Assembly: GCA_965231095.1 (NCBI GenBank)
Contig: OZ246416.1
Span: 249,228-313,227, forward strand
Length of the DNA: 64,000 nt
Origin: an uncultured Gammaproteobacteria bacterium
GTDB taxonomy: Bacteria; Patescibacteriota; Patescibacteriia; XYB2-FULL-38-15
Direction: 5' to 3'
Shown here: in pieces, positions 8,306 through 16,999 of the stretch
Position numbering within the stretch: the stretch's first letter is position 1
Layout: each line of letters opens with the position of its first letter
Program-made: the position numbers and the translations under genes
Notes under the pieces: model-generated
What the model was told of the DNA's origin: nothing
Databases searched by the model: none
Seen by the model: only the letters and a program-made list of their open reading frames with translations

Positions 8306-8599
8306 ATGAGTGAAATTACACAACAAAATCAAGGTCATCCAAACGCGAGTGGCTCTATATTTTTGTCAGTTGTAGCGGTAGTATTAATGTTTTTTGGTAT
8401 ACCAGCCATACTTTCGTTGATACTGGTAGCAATATCATCTCGACAAATTTTCAATGCGAAAAAAGCGGGGGAGAGTAAGAAATTTATTATCATCAGTTAT
8501 ATATTTTTGGCAGTCTCCTTGATTCTAGTTTTGATTTTGTCTTTTATAGAAGTTGTTCCTTTTGTAATCCACAGCCTGAAAGAAGCAGAAGCAATATAG
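8306..8599 (+). CDS. Small membrane protein
   Basis: 97 aa with 2-3 hydrophobic segments. Confidence 0.65.
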   Translation: MSEITQQNQGHPNASGSIFLSVVAVVLMFFGIPAILSLILVAISSRQIFNAKKAGESKKFIIISYIFLAVSLILVLILSFIEVVPFVIHSLKEAEAI

Positions 8600-8706
8600 G
8601 GGTAAATTTTATCCTCATTGACTATGAGCCCGGCGATAATACCGGGAAGTGTTTTGTTTTGGGAAATAGAGTATAATTAAAATGTTTTTAACTAACCCCA
8701 TAAAAT

Positions 8707-9687
8707 ATGCCTTCTGCGAAACTAGCTAAAGTAAATATAAAAATACCTGCATCATACGAACCATCTTTTGGCATAAGTAGGTGGAGTAAAAATGATTACG
8801 CGAAACCATTAATATTTAAAATCGATAATGCTGAAGCACGGATATTTTTAGAATATCCACCGACGGGGTTCTCGGTATTTCCTAAATTAAAAATATTCCC
8901 ATTTCCGAATCCATTTATAGTTTTACTGATTCGTAATCCAAGTGCTGAATTTATACAAGGATTGAAGGCGAAAAGTGGAGAAAATACTGTTAAAACGGCA
9001 GAACATATCTACAAAATATACGTAGAAGTAGTAAGTAAATTAGAAATTTTGCTTCGAACTGTAGGGGGAGTTAAAAATTTATATGAACTCAGAACTCCGC
9101 CAATAGAAGCGTTATTCAAAAAAAATATTTTAGATTATCCAGTTACCTTTCAAATAGATTCAGAAGATAAAAAACCCTTTAGTCCGAAATTTTCGACAAG
9201 GTCAAGGAGAAGGAACCCTCTTTTTAAAGCCGATCAGCTTGTAACGCCAGATAAGTGGGGGAAGATGCAAAGAGCCATTGATAATCGATATTACGCAAGC
9301 CAAGAAATTATTGAAATATTAAGAATACGAGCGAAGCTATTAGGAGAAAATAAAAAATTAGCAACTCTCGAATCTGCAATTCTTTTCGAAAGTCTGCTGA
9401 GAGACTATTCGCGTAAGACTCTTGAAGAGAGGGGAGTCAGCAATACAAAGGTGAAGGAAGTTAGTGATGAATTAAATTTCAATAATATCCTCAATCTGCT
9501 ACTTCCCCTCAGTTTAAAAAAGGCAGAGGTCCTTAAACTTCGCGAAAGTATAAATACGATTGATGCATTGAGAAAAATTAGAAACAAAGTCATTCATGGA
9601 GAATTGACAGAAGATAAGATTGATAAAAAAATAATTGAAAAGGGGATTGAGGGGGGACTGAAATTGATTAGATTTTTATTTAAATGA
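8707..9687 (+). CDS. HEPN-domain protein (putative RNase toxin/defence effector)
   Basis: C-terminal helical domain with FE.LL and RNKVIH (R-x4-H) motif; own TATAAT upstream. Confidence 0.7.
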   Translation: MPSAKLAKVNIKIPASYEPSFGISRWSKNDYAKPLIFKIDNAEARIFLEYPPTGFSVFPKLKIFPFPNPFIVLLIRNPSAEFIQGLKAKSGENTVKTAEHIYKIYVEVVSKLEILLRTVGGVKNLYELRTPPIEALFKKNILDYPVTFQIDSEDKKPFSPKFSTRSRRRNPLFKADQLVTPDKWGKMQRAIDNRYYASQEIIEILRIRAKLLGENKKLATLESAILFESLLRDYSRKTLEERGVSNTKVKEVSDELNFNNILNLLLPLSLKKAEVLKLRESINTIDALRKIRNKVIHGELTEDKIDKKIIEKGIEGGLKLIRFLFK

Positions 9688-9907
9688 TAAGACTAGCCCC
9701 AGAATATAGGGGAACTTAAAATTAGTTAATACAAATGTTTAGATAGTTCCGGTATATAAACATACTCATTTTGTCGCTGAATTATAGTTCTAACGCTGTC
9801 CACAATTCGGAGCCAAAATAAAAATTCCGACTTTTTGTCGGGGTTTTTATTTTGTGTTTTGTGGTGACAGATTTGAACCCACCCACCGTTAAGCCATCGG
9901 GCGTAGC

Positions 9908-9931
9908 TTCGAATCCCACCTCCCGAGCCAA
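9908..9931 (+). repeat. Right att direct repeat (duplicated tRNA-Asn 3' end)
   Basis: Identical to 1615-1638. Confidence 0.9.
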
Positions 9932-9967
9932 AATAAAATATCCAACGAAAGTTGGGTATTTTATTTT
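9931..9967. terminator. Intrinsic terminator after the right att (probably the original tRNA terminator)
   Basis: AAATAAAATATCCAAC-GAAA-GTTGGGTATTTTATTT hairpin. Confidence 0.7.
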
Positions 9968-9998
9968 CATTTTAACGATTTTTTGCTAAGATAATACT

Positions 9999-10589
9999 AT
10001 GGATCTAAAAATATTTTTTACAATAATTGCCGCGGTAATTGGTGTCCTAGCTTTCATCCCATATTTAAGGGATATTTTTCTATTGAAAACAAAACCCCAC
10101 GCTTACACCTGGCTCATTTGGGTTATTACCCAAGGAACCGCGGTTTTGGGGATTTGGTATGGCGGTGGGAGATGGGGCGCGCTTAATTTAACGGTCGGAA
10201 TTGTCCTTGCTTTCGTTGTCTTTTTATTTTCTCTAAAATACGGAACAAAAAATATTACAAAGAGTGACACAGCTATTTTAATCGCCGCCCTTTTGGCGAT
10301 TTTAGTTTGGTGGCAATTGGATCAGCCGCTTATTTCCGTGATTATGGTTTCGGCGATTGACGTTATTGGATATTTCCCGAGTTTTAGAAAATCATATCAA
10401 GAACCGTGGAGCGAGACCCTTACTTCTTGGATTTTATTTTCCGTCTCAAATGTTTTTGCGATGCTGGCGTTATCCCAATATAATTTATTAACTTTAACTT
10501 ATTTAGTTTCAATTTCCTTCGCCAATCTTATGCTTTTCACGATTTGTTTAGCGCGAAGACCTCATGTTCCAAAACCAAAATTATTATAA
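9999..10589 (+). CDS. Multi-pass membrane hypothetical protein (PQ-loop-like)
   Basis: About 7 TM; PYLRDI..KTKPH.YTW and P..RKS..EPWSE motifs. Confidence 0.8.
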   Translation: MDLKIFFTIIAAVIGVLAFIPYLRDIFLLKTKPHAYTWLIWVITQGTAVLGIWYGGGRWGALNLTVGIVLAFVVFLFSLKYGTKNITKSDTAILIAALLAILVWWQLDQPLISVIMVSAIDVIGYFPSFRKSYQEPWSETLTSWILFSVSNVFAMLALSQYNLLTLTYLVSISFANLMLFTICLARRPHVPKPKLL

Positions 10590-10599
10590 TTTCTAAAAT

Positions 10600-11079
10600 A
10601 TGACCTCAAAAAATTTCTTAAAACTAATTATCGCAATTCTGGTTTCCGAAGCCGCGGGGATTATTGGTTCGATTTTCACAACCCCATCAATCTCCGGCTG
10701 GTACGCGAATTTGGTTAAACCGGAATTTGCTCCACCAAATTGGATTTTCGCCCCGGTCTGGACAACACTTTTTGCCCTGATGGGTATTGCGGCATTTCTT
10801 GTGTGGAAGAGGGGATTGGACGACAAAAAAGTAAAAATCGCTCTCGGTATATTTATCGGTCAGTTGGCGCTGAACACTCTTTGGTCAATTATCTTTTTCG
10901 GTCTGCATTCTCCGGCCGGCGCGTTTTTAGAAATTATTTTTTTGTGGCTCGCCATCCTTGCCACAATCATTGCTTTCGCAAAAATTTCTCGCGCCGCAGC
11001 CTGGATTTTGGCGCCCTATATTCTTTGGGTGAGTTTCGCCGCTTATTTAAATTACGCAATTTGGACTCTTAATAAATAA
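10600..11079 (+). CDS. tspO: TspO/MBR family tryptophan-rich sensory protein
   Basis: WYANLVKPEFAPPNWIFAPVWT; PYILWVSFAAYLN. Confidence 0.93.
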   Translation: MTSKNFLKLIIAILVSEAAGIIGSIFTTPSISGWYANLVKPEFAPPNWIFAPVWTTLFALMGIAAFLVWKRGLDDKKVKIALGIFIGQLALNTLWSIIFFGLHSPAGAFLEIIFLWLAILATIIAFAKISRAAAWILAPYILWVSFAAYLNYAIWTLNK

Positions 11080-11114
11080 AGGTCGAATCTTAAATAAAAG
11101 AAGGAGAAAATTTT

Positions 11115-11324
11115 ATGAAAGTATTAAATTGGGTAGCCATAGTTTTGATCGTTGTTGGCGGTCTAAACTGGGGCCTGGTTGGATTTTTTAACTTTGACCT
11201 GGTCGCGACTATTTTCGGCGCAATGTCTCTTGTTTCAAGAGTGGTTTACGCCCTCGTCGGTTTGAGCGCGCTTTGGGTGCTTCTCTTTATGTTGCCGCAG
11301 ATGAACAAGAAGCCACAGATGTAA
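11115..11324 (+). CDS. DUF378 family membrane protein
   Basis: LIVVGGLNWGLVGFFNFDLVATIFG...VYALVGLSA. Confidence 0.9.
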   Translation: MKVLNWVAIVLIVVGGLNWGLVGFFNFDLVATIFGAMSLVSRVVYALVGLSALWVLLFMLPQMNKKPQM

Positions 11325-11400
11325 TTTTGAAATTTCTCGGGCAGCCTGTCTGGAATGGGCTGCCTATAGAGATTTTCAATTTTATGCCCAAAAGAAAAAT

Positions 11401-11919
11401 ATGATAAATCTCCCAAACATTCTAAGTTTGACGCGGATTGTTTTGGCTTTTATTTTTGCTGCCCTCCTTTTTAATTATTATAAAATTCCCGCTGCGGGAG
11501 TTTTTTTGTTGGCGATTGTGACAGATGTTTTGGATGGGTATTTAGCCCGAAAATATAATCAAATTACTTTACTCGGTAAAATTTTAGATCCGGCGGCGGA
11601 CCGGCTTTTGGCGCTTCTGGCTTTTTTGATTTTATATTTAAACCACGGCCTGCCCGCCGGCCTCGCGATTTTTGCTATTTTTTATCATCTCTATATTATT
11701 TTGGGCTGGGTCCTGATTTTTCAAACAAAAAATATTACCCTTGAACATACCTTCTGGGGAAAGTTAAATTCTTTTATTCAAACAATAATGTTTTTCGCGG
11801 TGATTTTTGATTTTTATCCAAATATATTTTTTGCGGCAGTGACGATTTCGCTTACTGTGGCTTTCCTAAATTATACTTTTCGGGGACTGATTGCCCTAAA
11901 TATTTTTAAGACAAAATGA
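11401..11919 (+). CDS. CDP-alcohol phosphatidyltransferase (PgsA-like)
   Basis: PNILSLTR and D-x2-DG-x2-AR...G-x2-LD-x3-D signature. Confidence 0.92.
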   Translation: MINLPNILSLTRIVLAFIFAALLFNYYKIPAAGVFLLAIVTDVLDGYLARKYNQITLLGKILDPAADRLLALLAFLILYLNHGLPAGLAIFAIFYHLYIILGWVLIFQTKNITLEHTFWGKLNSFIQTIMFFAVIFDFYPNIFFAAVTISLTVAFLNYTFRGLIALNIFKTK

Positions 11920-12461
11920 TTATTCTTCAAAGTTTATATTTTATGTTGCCGGCCTACATCGCAAATATGGCGCCGGTTTTTGCACGAAAATTTGGCGTGT
12001 TTAAATTTTTAGCGCGGCCGGTTGACGGCGGACGGCAGTTTCGCGGCAAGAGAATTTTTGGCGATCATAAAACTTGGCGGGGATTTTTGGTTGGCATTGT
12101 GGCGGCAATCGCGATAGTGTGGCTTCAGTATTTTTTATATTCAATTCCGGTCTTTAAAAATTTAAGTTTATTAAATTATTCTGAAAAAAAATTGTGGATT
12201 TTAGGTTTTCTTTTCGGATTTGGCGCGCTCTTTGGCGATCTGGTAAAAAGTTTTTTCAAGCGGAGAAAAAATATTTTGCCCGGAGCGTCGTGGATTCCTT
12301 TTGATCAAATTGATTTTGTGATTGGAGCTTTGATTTTTATTATGCCGGTTTATTTTCCTTCGTGGCCAGCCGTGATTATAATTTTATTCTTTAGTCCAAT
12401 CCTCCATATTTTAACAAATCAAATTGGTTATCTTTTGAAAATAAAAAATACGCGTTGGTAG
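11916..12461 (+). CDS. carS: CDP-archaeol synthase (CarS/DUF46) family protein
   Basis: PAYIANMAPV, PVDGG...RIFGDHKTWRG, GDLVKSFFKRR, PFDQIDF. Confidence 0.85.
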   Translation: MIILQSLYFMLPAYIANMAPVFARKFGVFKFLARPVDGGRQFRGKRIFGDHKTWRGFLVGIVAAIAIVWLQYFLYSIPVFKNLSLLNYSEKKLWILGFLFGFGALFGDLVKSFFKRRKNILPGASWIPFDQIDFVIGALIFIMPVYFPSWPAVIIILFFSPILHILTNQIGYLLKIKNTRW

Positions 12462-12502
12462 AACCTCTTGAAATTTAAAGAAAAAATTGATAGACTGACC
12501 TC

Positions 12503-13177
12503 ATGGGAAAACTATATATTATTGCCACGCCAATCGGAAATTTGGAGGATATAACCTTGCGCGCTCTTAGAATTTTAAAAGAGGTTGATTTGGTTTTGTG
12601 CGAGGACACAAGGCAAACTAGAAAATTACTTGATAAATACGAAATAAAAACGCGAACCTTGAGTTATCACCAGCACAGTAAGTTGGCGCGGGTGGAAGAA
12701 ATTATTAATTTACTTCGCGAAGGAAAAAATCTGGCGTTGGTTTCCGACGCCGGCACGCCGGCCATTTCCGACCCGGGCGGAAAATTAGTTGAAGAAGTTT
12801 TGCGGGCGTTTGGTGATGAGACACAAATTATTCCTGTTCCGGGAGCATCGGCCGTTGCCGCCGCGGCGAGCATTTCCGGTTTTCCCACCGATAAATTTTT
12901 ATTTTTAGGTTTTCCGCCGCATAAACACGGCCGTGCCGCTTTTTTTAAAAAAATTTCCGACATGGAAGAAACCGTTATTTTTTACGAATCAACTCACAGA
13001 ATTTTAAAATCCTTGGAAGAACTGCGGGGAGTGGCGGGGGCGAGACAGATTGCCGTTTGCCGCGAATTAACAAAAATGTTTGAAACAATTTATCGGGGAA
13101 AAACATCCGAAGTTTTAGAAAAATTAAAAGCCGACACAACAAAAGGAGAATTTGTTGTTGTGGTAGAAAAAAAATAA
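12503..13177 (+). CDS. rsmI: 16S rRNA C1402 2'-O-methyltransferase
   Basis: LYIIATPIGNLEDITLRA, CEDTR, SDAGTPAISDPG, RELTKMFE. Confidence 0.96.
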   Translation: MGKLYIIATPIGNLEDITLRALRILKEVDLVLCEDTRQTRKLLDKYEIKTRTLSYHQHSKLARVEEIINLLREGKNLALVSDAGTPAISDPGGKLVEEVLRAFGDETQIIPVPGASAVAAAASISGFPTDKFLFLGFPPHKHGRAAFFKKISDMEETVIFYESTHRILKSLEELRGVAGARQIAVCRELTKMFETIYRGKTSEVLEKLKADTTKGEFVVVVEKK

Positions 13178-13178
13178 T

Positions 13179-14696
13179 ATGGCGAAAAATAAAAAATTTT
13201 ACATCACCACACCGATTTATTACGTGAATGCCAAGCCGCACATTGGCCATGCTTATACAACGATTACGGCCGATATTTTGGCACGATACCACCGAATGCG
13301 CGGCGATGAAGTTTTCTTTTTGACCGGGACCGACGAGCACGGCGCGAAAATCAAGCAAATTGCCGACAAGGCGGGAAAAAGTCCGAAAGAATTTGTTGAT
13401 GAAATCTCCGCTTCTTTTTCCGGGGCGTGGGATATTTTAAATATCTCAAATGATAATTTTATCAGAACAACCGACCCGGCGCATGTCGAGGCGGCGCAAG
13501 AAGTGACACAAAAACTTTTTGACAAAAAACTTATTTACAAAGGAAAATACGAAGCGCTCTATTGCGTCGGCTGCGAACAATATAAAACTAGGGCGGAGTT
13601 GGTTGATGGAAAATGTCCGGATCATAAAATTGAACCGGAAGTGCGCTCCGAAGAGGCCTACCTTTTTCGGATGTCGGAATTTCAGGAAGAATTATTGCGG
13701 CGCATAAAAAGTGATAAATTAAAAATCAGTCCGGAAACGCGCAAAAACGAGATGATTTCTTTTTATGAAAAAGAAGGCCTGAAAGACGTGGCGATTTCCC
13801 GGAAAAAAGAGAGCGTGCCCTGGGGGATTGAATTGCCGTTTGATCGCGACCATACGCTTTATGTTTGGATTGATGCGTTTTTAAATTATTTGACTGGCCT
13901 TGGTTGGCCAAAAGATAAAAAAAATTATAAAAAATTCTGGCCGGCTAGTTTACAATTAATGAGTAAAGATATTCTGCGCGTTCACGCCACGATTTGGCCG
14001 GCCGTACTTTTGGCCATGGGAGAAAAATTGCCAAAAGAACTTTTTATCCACGGATATTTTACGATTGACGGACAAAAGATGAGTAAGTCGCTTGGTAATG
14101 TTGTTGATCCCGTGGAGTTGGCGCAAAAATACGGCGTGGATGAAGTTCGCTATTTTCTTTCGCGGGAAATTTCTTTTGGCGAGGACGGGGATTTTAGTTT
14201 TAAACGTTTAGAGGAAAGGTACAACGCGGAATTAGCCAACGGTCTGGGAAATTTGGTGGCGCGGGTGCTCGCGATGGGTGAAAAATATTTTGATGGAAAA
14301 ATTCCGGAGAAAACTGGCGGCAGCGTGGAGAGGACTTGGCAGAGTTATAAAATAAATATGGAAAAATTGGCGCCGCACTTGGCTCTGAAAGACATTTGGG
14401 ATTTGATTTCTTTTTGTGACCAATTTATAAACACCGAAGCGCCCTGGCAACTCGCAAAAACCGATAAAAAAAGATTGTCGCGGGTGATTTATACCTTGCT
14501 TGAAACAATCCGCCACATTGCCTGGTTTATTTCGCCGTTTATGCCCATGACTTCGGATAAAATTTTTGAACAGCTTGGTTTGGAGCCGGAAAAAGAAAAG
14601 AAAAAAAGTTTAGAGAAAGCAAAAGTTTGGGGCGGACTTGCGCCGGGCGAAAAAATAAAAAAAGGCGCGGCCTTGTTCCCGAGATTAGAAAAATAA
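13179..14696 (+). CDS. metG: Methionyl-tRNA synthetase
   Basis: YITTPIYYVN..PHIGH, GTDEHG, KMSKS. Confidence 0.97.
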   Translation: MAKNKKFYITTPIYYVNAKPHIGHAYTTITADILARYHRMRGDEVFFLTGTDEHGAKIKQIADKAGKSPKEFVDEISASFSGAWDILNISNDNFIRTTDPAHVEAAQEVTQKLFDKKLIYKGKYEALYCVGCEQYKTRAELVDGKCPDHKIEPEVRSEEAYLFRMSEFQEELLRRIKSDKLKISPETRKNEMISFYEKEGLKDVAISRKKESVPWGIELPFDRDHTLYVWIDAFLNYLTGLGWPKDKKNYKKFWPASLQLMSKDILRVHATIWPAVLLAMGEKLPKELFIHGYFTIDGQKMSKSLGNVVDPVELAQKYGVDEVRYFLSREISFGEDGDFSFKRLEERYNAELANGLGNLVARVLAMGEKYFDGKIPEKTGGSVERTWQSYKINMEKLAPHLALKDIWDLISFCDQFINTEAPWQLAKTDKKRLSRVIYTLLETIRHIAWFISPFMPMTSDKIFEQLGLEPEKEKKKSLEKAKVWGGLAPGEKIKKGAALFPRLEK

Positions 14697-14705
14697 TATA
14701 AATTT

Positions 14706-15218
14706 ATGATTCTCTTTGATCTAATTCTCATCTTAATTCTCGGCGGATTTGTACTTTATGGATTGTGGTTTGGTTTGATTAATACACTGGGCGTTTTGGT
14801 CGGGACGATTGCCGGCGCGTTTCTTGCCGCGCGGTGGTATGAACCGGTTGCCGACTGGGCGGGATTTCTTTTTAGCGGCCATGAAAATTTGGCAAAAGTT
14901 GTTTGTTTTCTGATTCTTTTTATTATCATCAACCGTCTCGTGGGTTTGGTCTTTTGGTTTATTGATAAAATTTTTTCATTTTTGAAAATCATTCCTTTTT
15001 TAGGAACAATCAATCGCTTGCTCGGCGCGGTGTTTGGATTTTTGGAGGGGAGCTTGGTTTTGGGGCTGACGCTTTTTGTCGCGGAAAAATATCCACTCGG
15101 AGATTGGTTTACAACATCTCTTGCCGATTCCAAAATCGCAGATTATTTTATAACGGTGGGAAAAATTTTAATGCCGCTTCTGCCGGAAGTTTTAAAACAA
15201 GTAAAAGAAATGATTTAA
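14706..15218 (+). CDS. cvpA: CvpA (colicin V production) family membrane protein
   Basis: DLILILIL..F...G...G and NRLLGAVFGFLEG. Confidence 0.8.
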   Translation: MILFDLILILILGGFVLYGLWFGLINTLGVLVGTIAGAFLAARWYEPVADWAGFLFSGHENLAKVVCFLILFIIINRLVGLVFWFIDKIFSFLKIIPFLGTINRLLGAVFGFLEGSLVLGLTLFVAEKYPLGDWFTTSLADSKIADYFITVGKILMPLLPEVLKQVKEMI

Positions 15219-15221
15219 TTT

Positions 15222-16058
15222 ATGTTGATTGACACGCATGCCCATTTGAATTTTGAAGCATTTCTAAACGATTGGCGGGAAACCGCGAAACGCGCACTTG
15301 ACGCGGGGATTAAAATTATAAATGTTGGTAGTAATTTAGAAACAAGTAAGCGCGCGGTAGAAATTGCCGAAGAATTTTCCGAGGGAGTTTATGCCACAGT
15401 TGGGCTCCACCCTATCCATGTTTTAGATGAAGAATTGGAAATTGAAGAATATAAAAAATTAACGGCGCATCCGAAAGTGGTAGCGCTTGGGGAAATTGGT
15501 TTGGATTATTTTAGAATGCCGACATCAATTCGGCCGGAAGAAGCCGGGGGAGTGGCGGAAGGGCGGCAGATAAAATCTCCCGAGGAAATAAAAAATTTAC
15601 AAAAAGAAGTTTTGTTGGAATTTTTAAAACTTGGCGCGGAAGAAAAATTGCCGGTGATTGTTCATTGCCGCGAGGCGCATTCCGATTTGATTCAGCTTTT
15701 GGAAAATTTTGATAAGCCGGCCGGACCGGACGCGCGCGGGGTGATGCATTGTTTTTCCGGAAGCTTCGAAGAGGCCCGGCGATATTTTAATTTGGGATTT
15801 TTAATTTCTTTTACTGGAATAATTACTTTTGCCCATTACGAGGGCGAGGTTTTGGCAAAAGCGCCGCTTGAAAAAATAATGGTGGAAACTGATTGCCCGT
15901 ATCTTACGCCCGAGCCGCACCGCGGAGGGCGAAACGAGCCGGCTTATGTGGAATTTGTGGCGCGCGAAGTTGCTCGGGTAAAAAATGAAACATATGAGGA
16001 GGTGGCGAAGAGTACAACGGAGAACGCCAAACGTCTTTTTTCAAAAATGGAGAAATGA
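15222..16058 (+). CDS. tatD: TatD family hydrolase
   Basis: IDTHAHL, GLHP, GEIGLDY, HCREA, HCFSG, ETDCPYL. Confidence 0.95.
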   Translation: MLIDTHAHLNFEAFLNDWRETAKRALDAGIKIINVGSNLETSKRAVEIAEEFSEGVYATVGLHPIHVLDEELEIEEYKKLTAHPKVVALGEIGLDYFRMPTSIRPEEAGGVAEGRQIKSPEEIKNLQKEVLLEFLKLGAEEKLPVIVHCREAHSDLIQLLENFDKPAGPDARGVMHCFSGSFEEARRYFNLGFLISFTGIITFAHYEGEVLAKAPLEKIMVETDCPYLTPEPHRGGRNEPAYVEFVAREVARVKNETYEEVAKSTTENAKRLFSKMEK

Positions 16059-16254
16059 CACGATAAAACCTCGGTTAGGCCGAGGTTTTTTAAACTTGAC
16101 CCTGCGGTTGACTAATATAGAGGAAAGAGTAAGATTAAATAATTTCTTAATCTTTTCGTAATATATTTGTAATATAATATTTAAAGATATTTGGAATTTT
16201 CCTCTAAATTTAAATAAATTAAAGTGAATTTTATTTCACTAAAAGGAGAAAAAT

Positions 16255-16932
16255 ATGACAATTTTAGTAGTAGAAGATGAGCATAAAATAACTCGTTTTA
16301 TTCAGCGGGGACTGGAAATGGAGCATTACACGGTTGATGTGGCCTATGATGGCGAAGAGGCGTTAAATAAATTGGGAGTAAACGATTACGATTTAATTAT
16401 TCTTGATTTGATGTTGCCCAAAAAAGACGGGATTGAGGTTTGTAAAGAAATCAGGGATAGAAAAATTGAGGCGCCGATTATAATGCTCACGGCGCGCGAT
16501 ACAATTGAAGACCGCGTGAAAGGTTTGGATCAGGGCGCGGACGATTATGTCGTGAAGCCGTTTGCTTTTGGAGAATTGCTCGCAAGAATTCGGGCTCTTC
16601 TTCGCCGAGAAAAAACCGTTAAGCGATCTGTTTTACAAATTTCCGATTTAGTTTTAGATCCGGCGACTCATGAAGTGACGCGCGCCGGCTCGTCGGTTCC
16701 GCTTACCAGCAAAGAGTATCGCTTGCTTGATTATTTTATGCGCCGGCCGGGGCAGGTTTGCACGCGGACAATGATTGGCGAACATATTTGGGGATATAAT
16801 TTTATTGATAACAGCAACGTGATTGATGTGTCTGTCAGTAATTTGCGGAAAAAAGTTGATGGGGGAGCCGCGCTCCAATTGATTAAAACCGTTAGGAATG
16901 TCGGATATAAAATAATTCAGGATGTTAAATGA
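16255..16932 (+). CDS. OmpR-family response regulator
   Basis: ILVVEDE, LDLMLP, GADDYVVKPF, C-terminal wHTH IKTVRNVGY. Confidence 0.95.
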   Translation: MTILVVEDEHKITRFIQRGLEMEHYTVDVAYDGEEALNKLGVNDYDLIILDLMLPKKDGIEVCKEIRDRKIEAPIIMLTARDTIEDRVKGLDQGADDYVVKPFAFGELLARIRALLRREKTVKRSVLQISDLVLDPATHEVTRAGSSVPLTSKEYRLLDYFMRRPGQVCTRTMIGEHIWGYNFIDNSNVIDVSVSNLRKKVDGGAALQLIKTVRNVGYKIIQDVK

Positions 16933-16999
16933 AAAAATTTAATCATTTTTTCACATTCAACCTACTGGTCGGAAGCGGGCGGGTTCGTTGTATTTAGAT

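Larger units (their letters stand above)
1615..9931. mobile_element. ~8.3-kb genomic island integrated at tRNA-Asn by a large serine recombinase
   Basis: Flanked by the 24-bp direct repeat TTCGAATCCCACCTCCCGAGCCAA (tRNA 3' end). The recombinase is adjacent to the tRNA and the cargo is accessory or defence-type genes. Confidence 0.92.
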
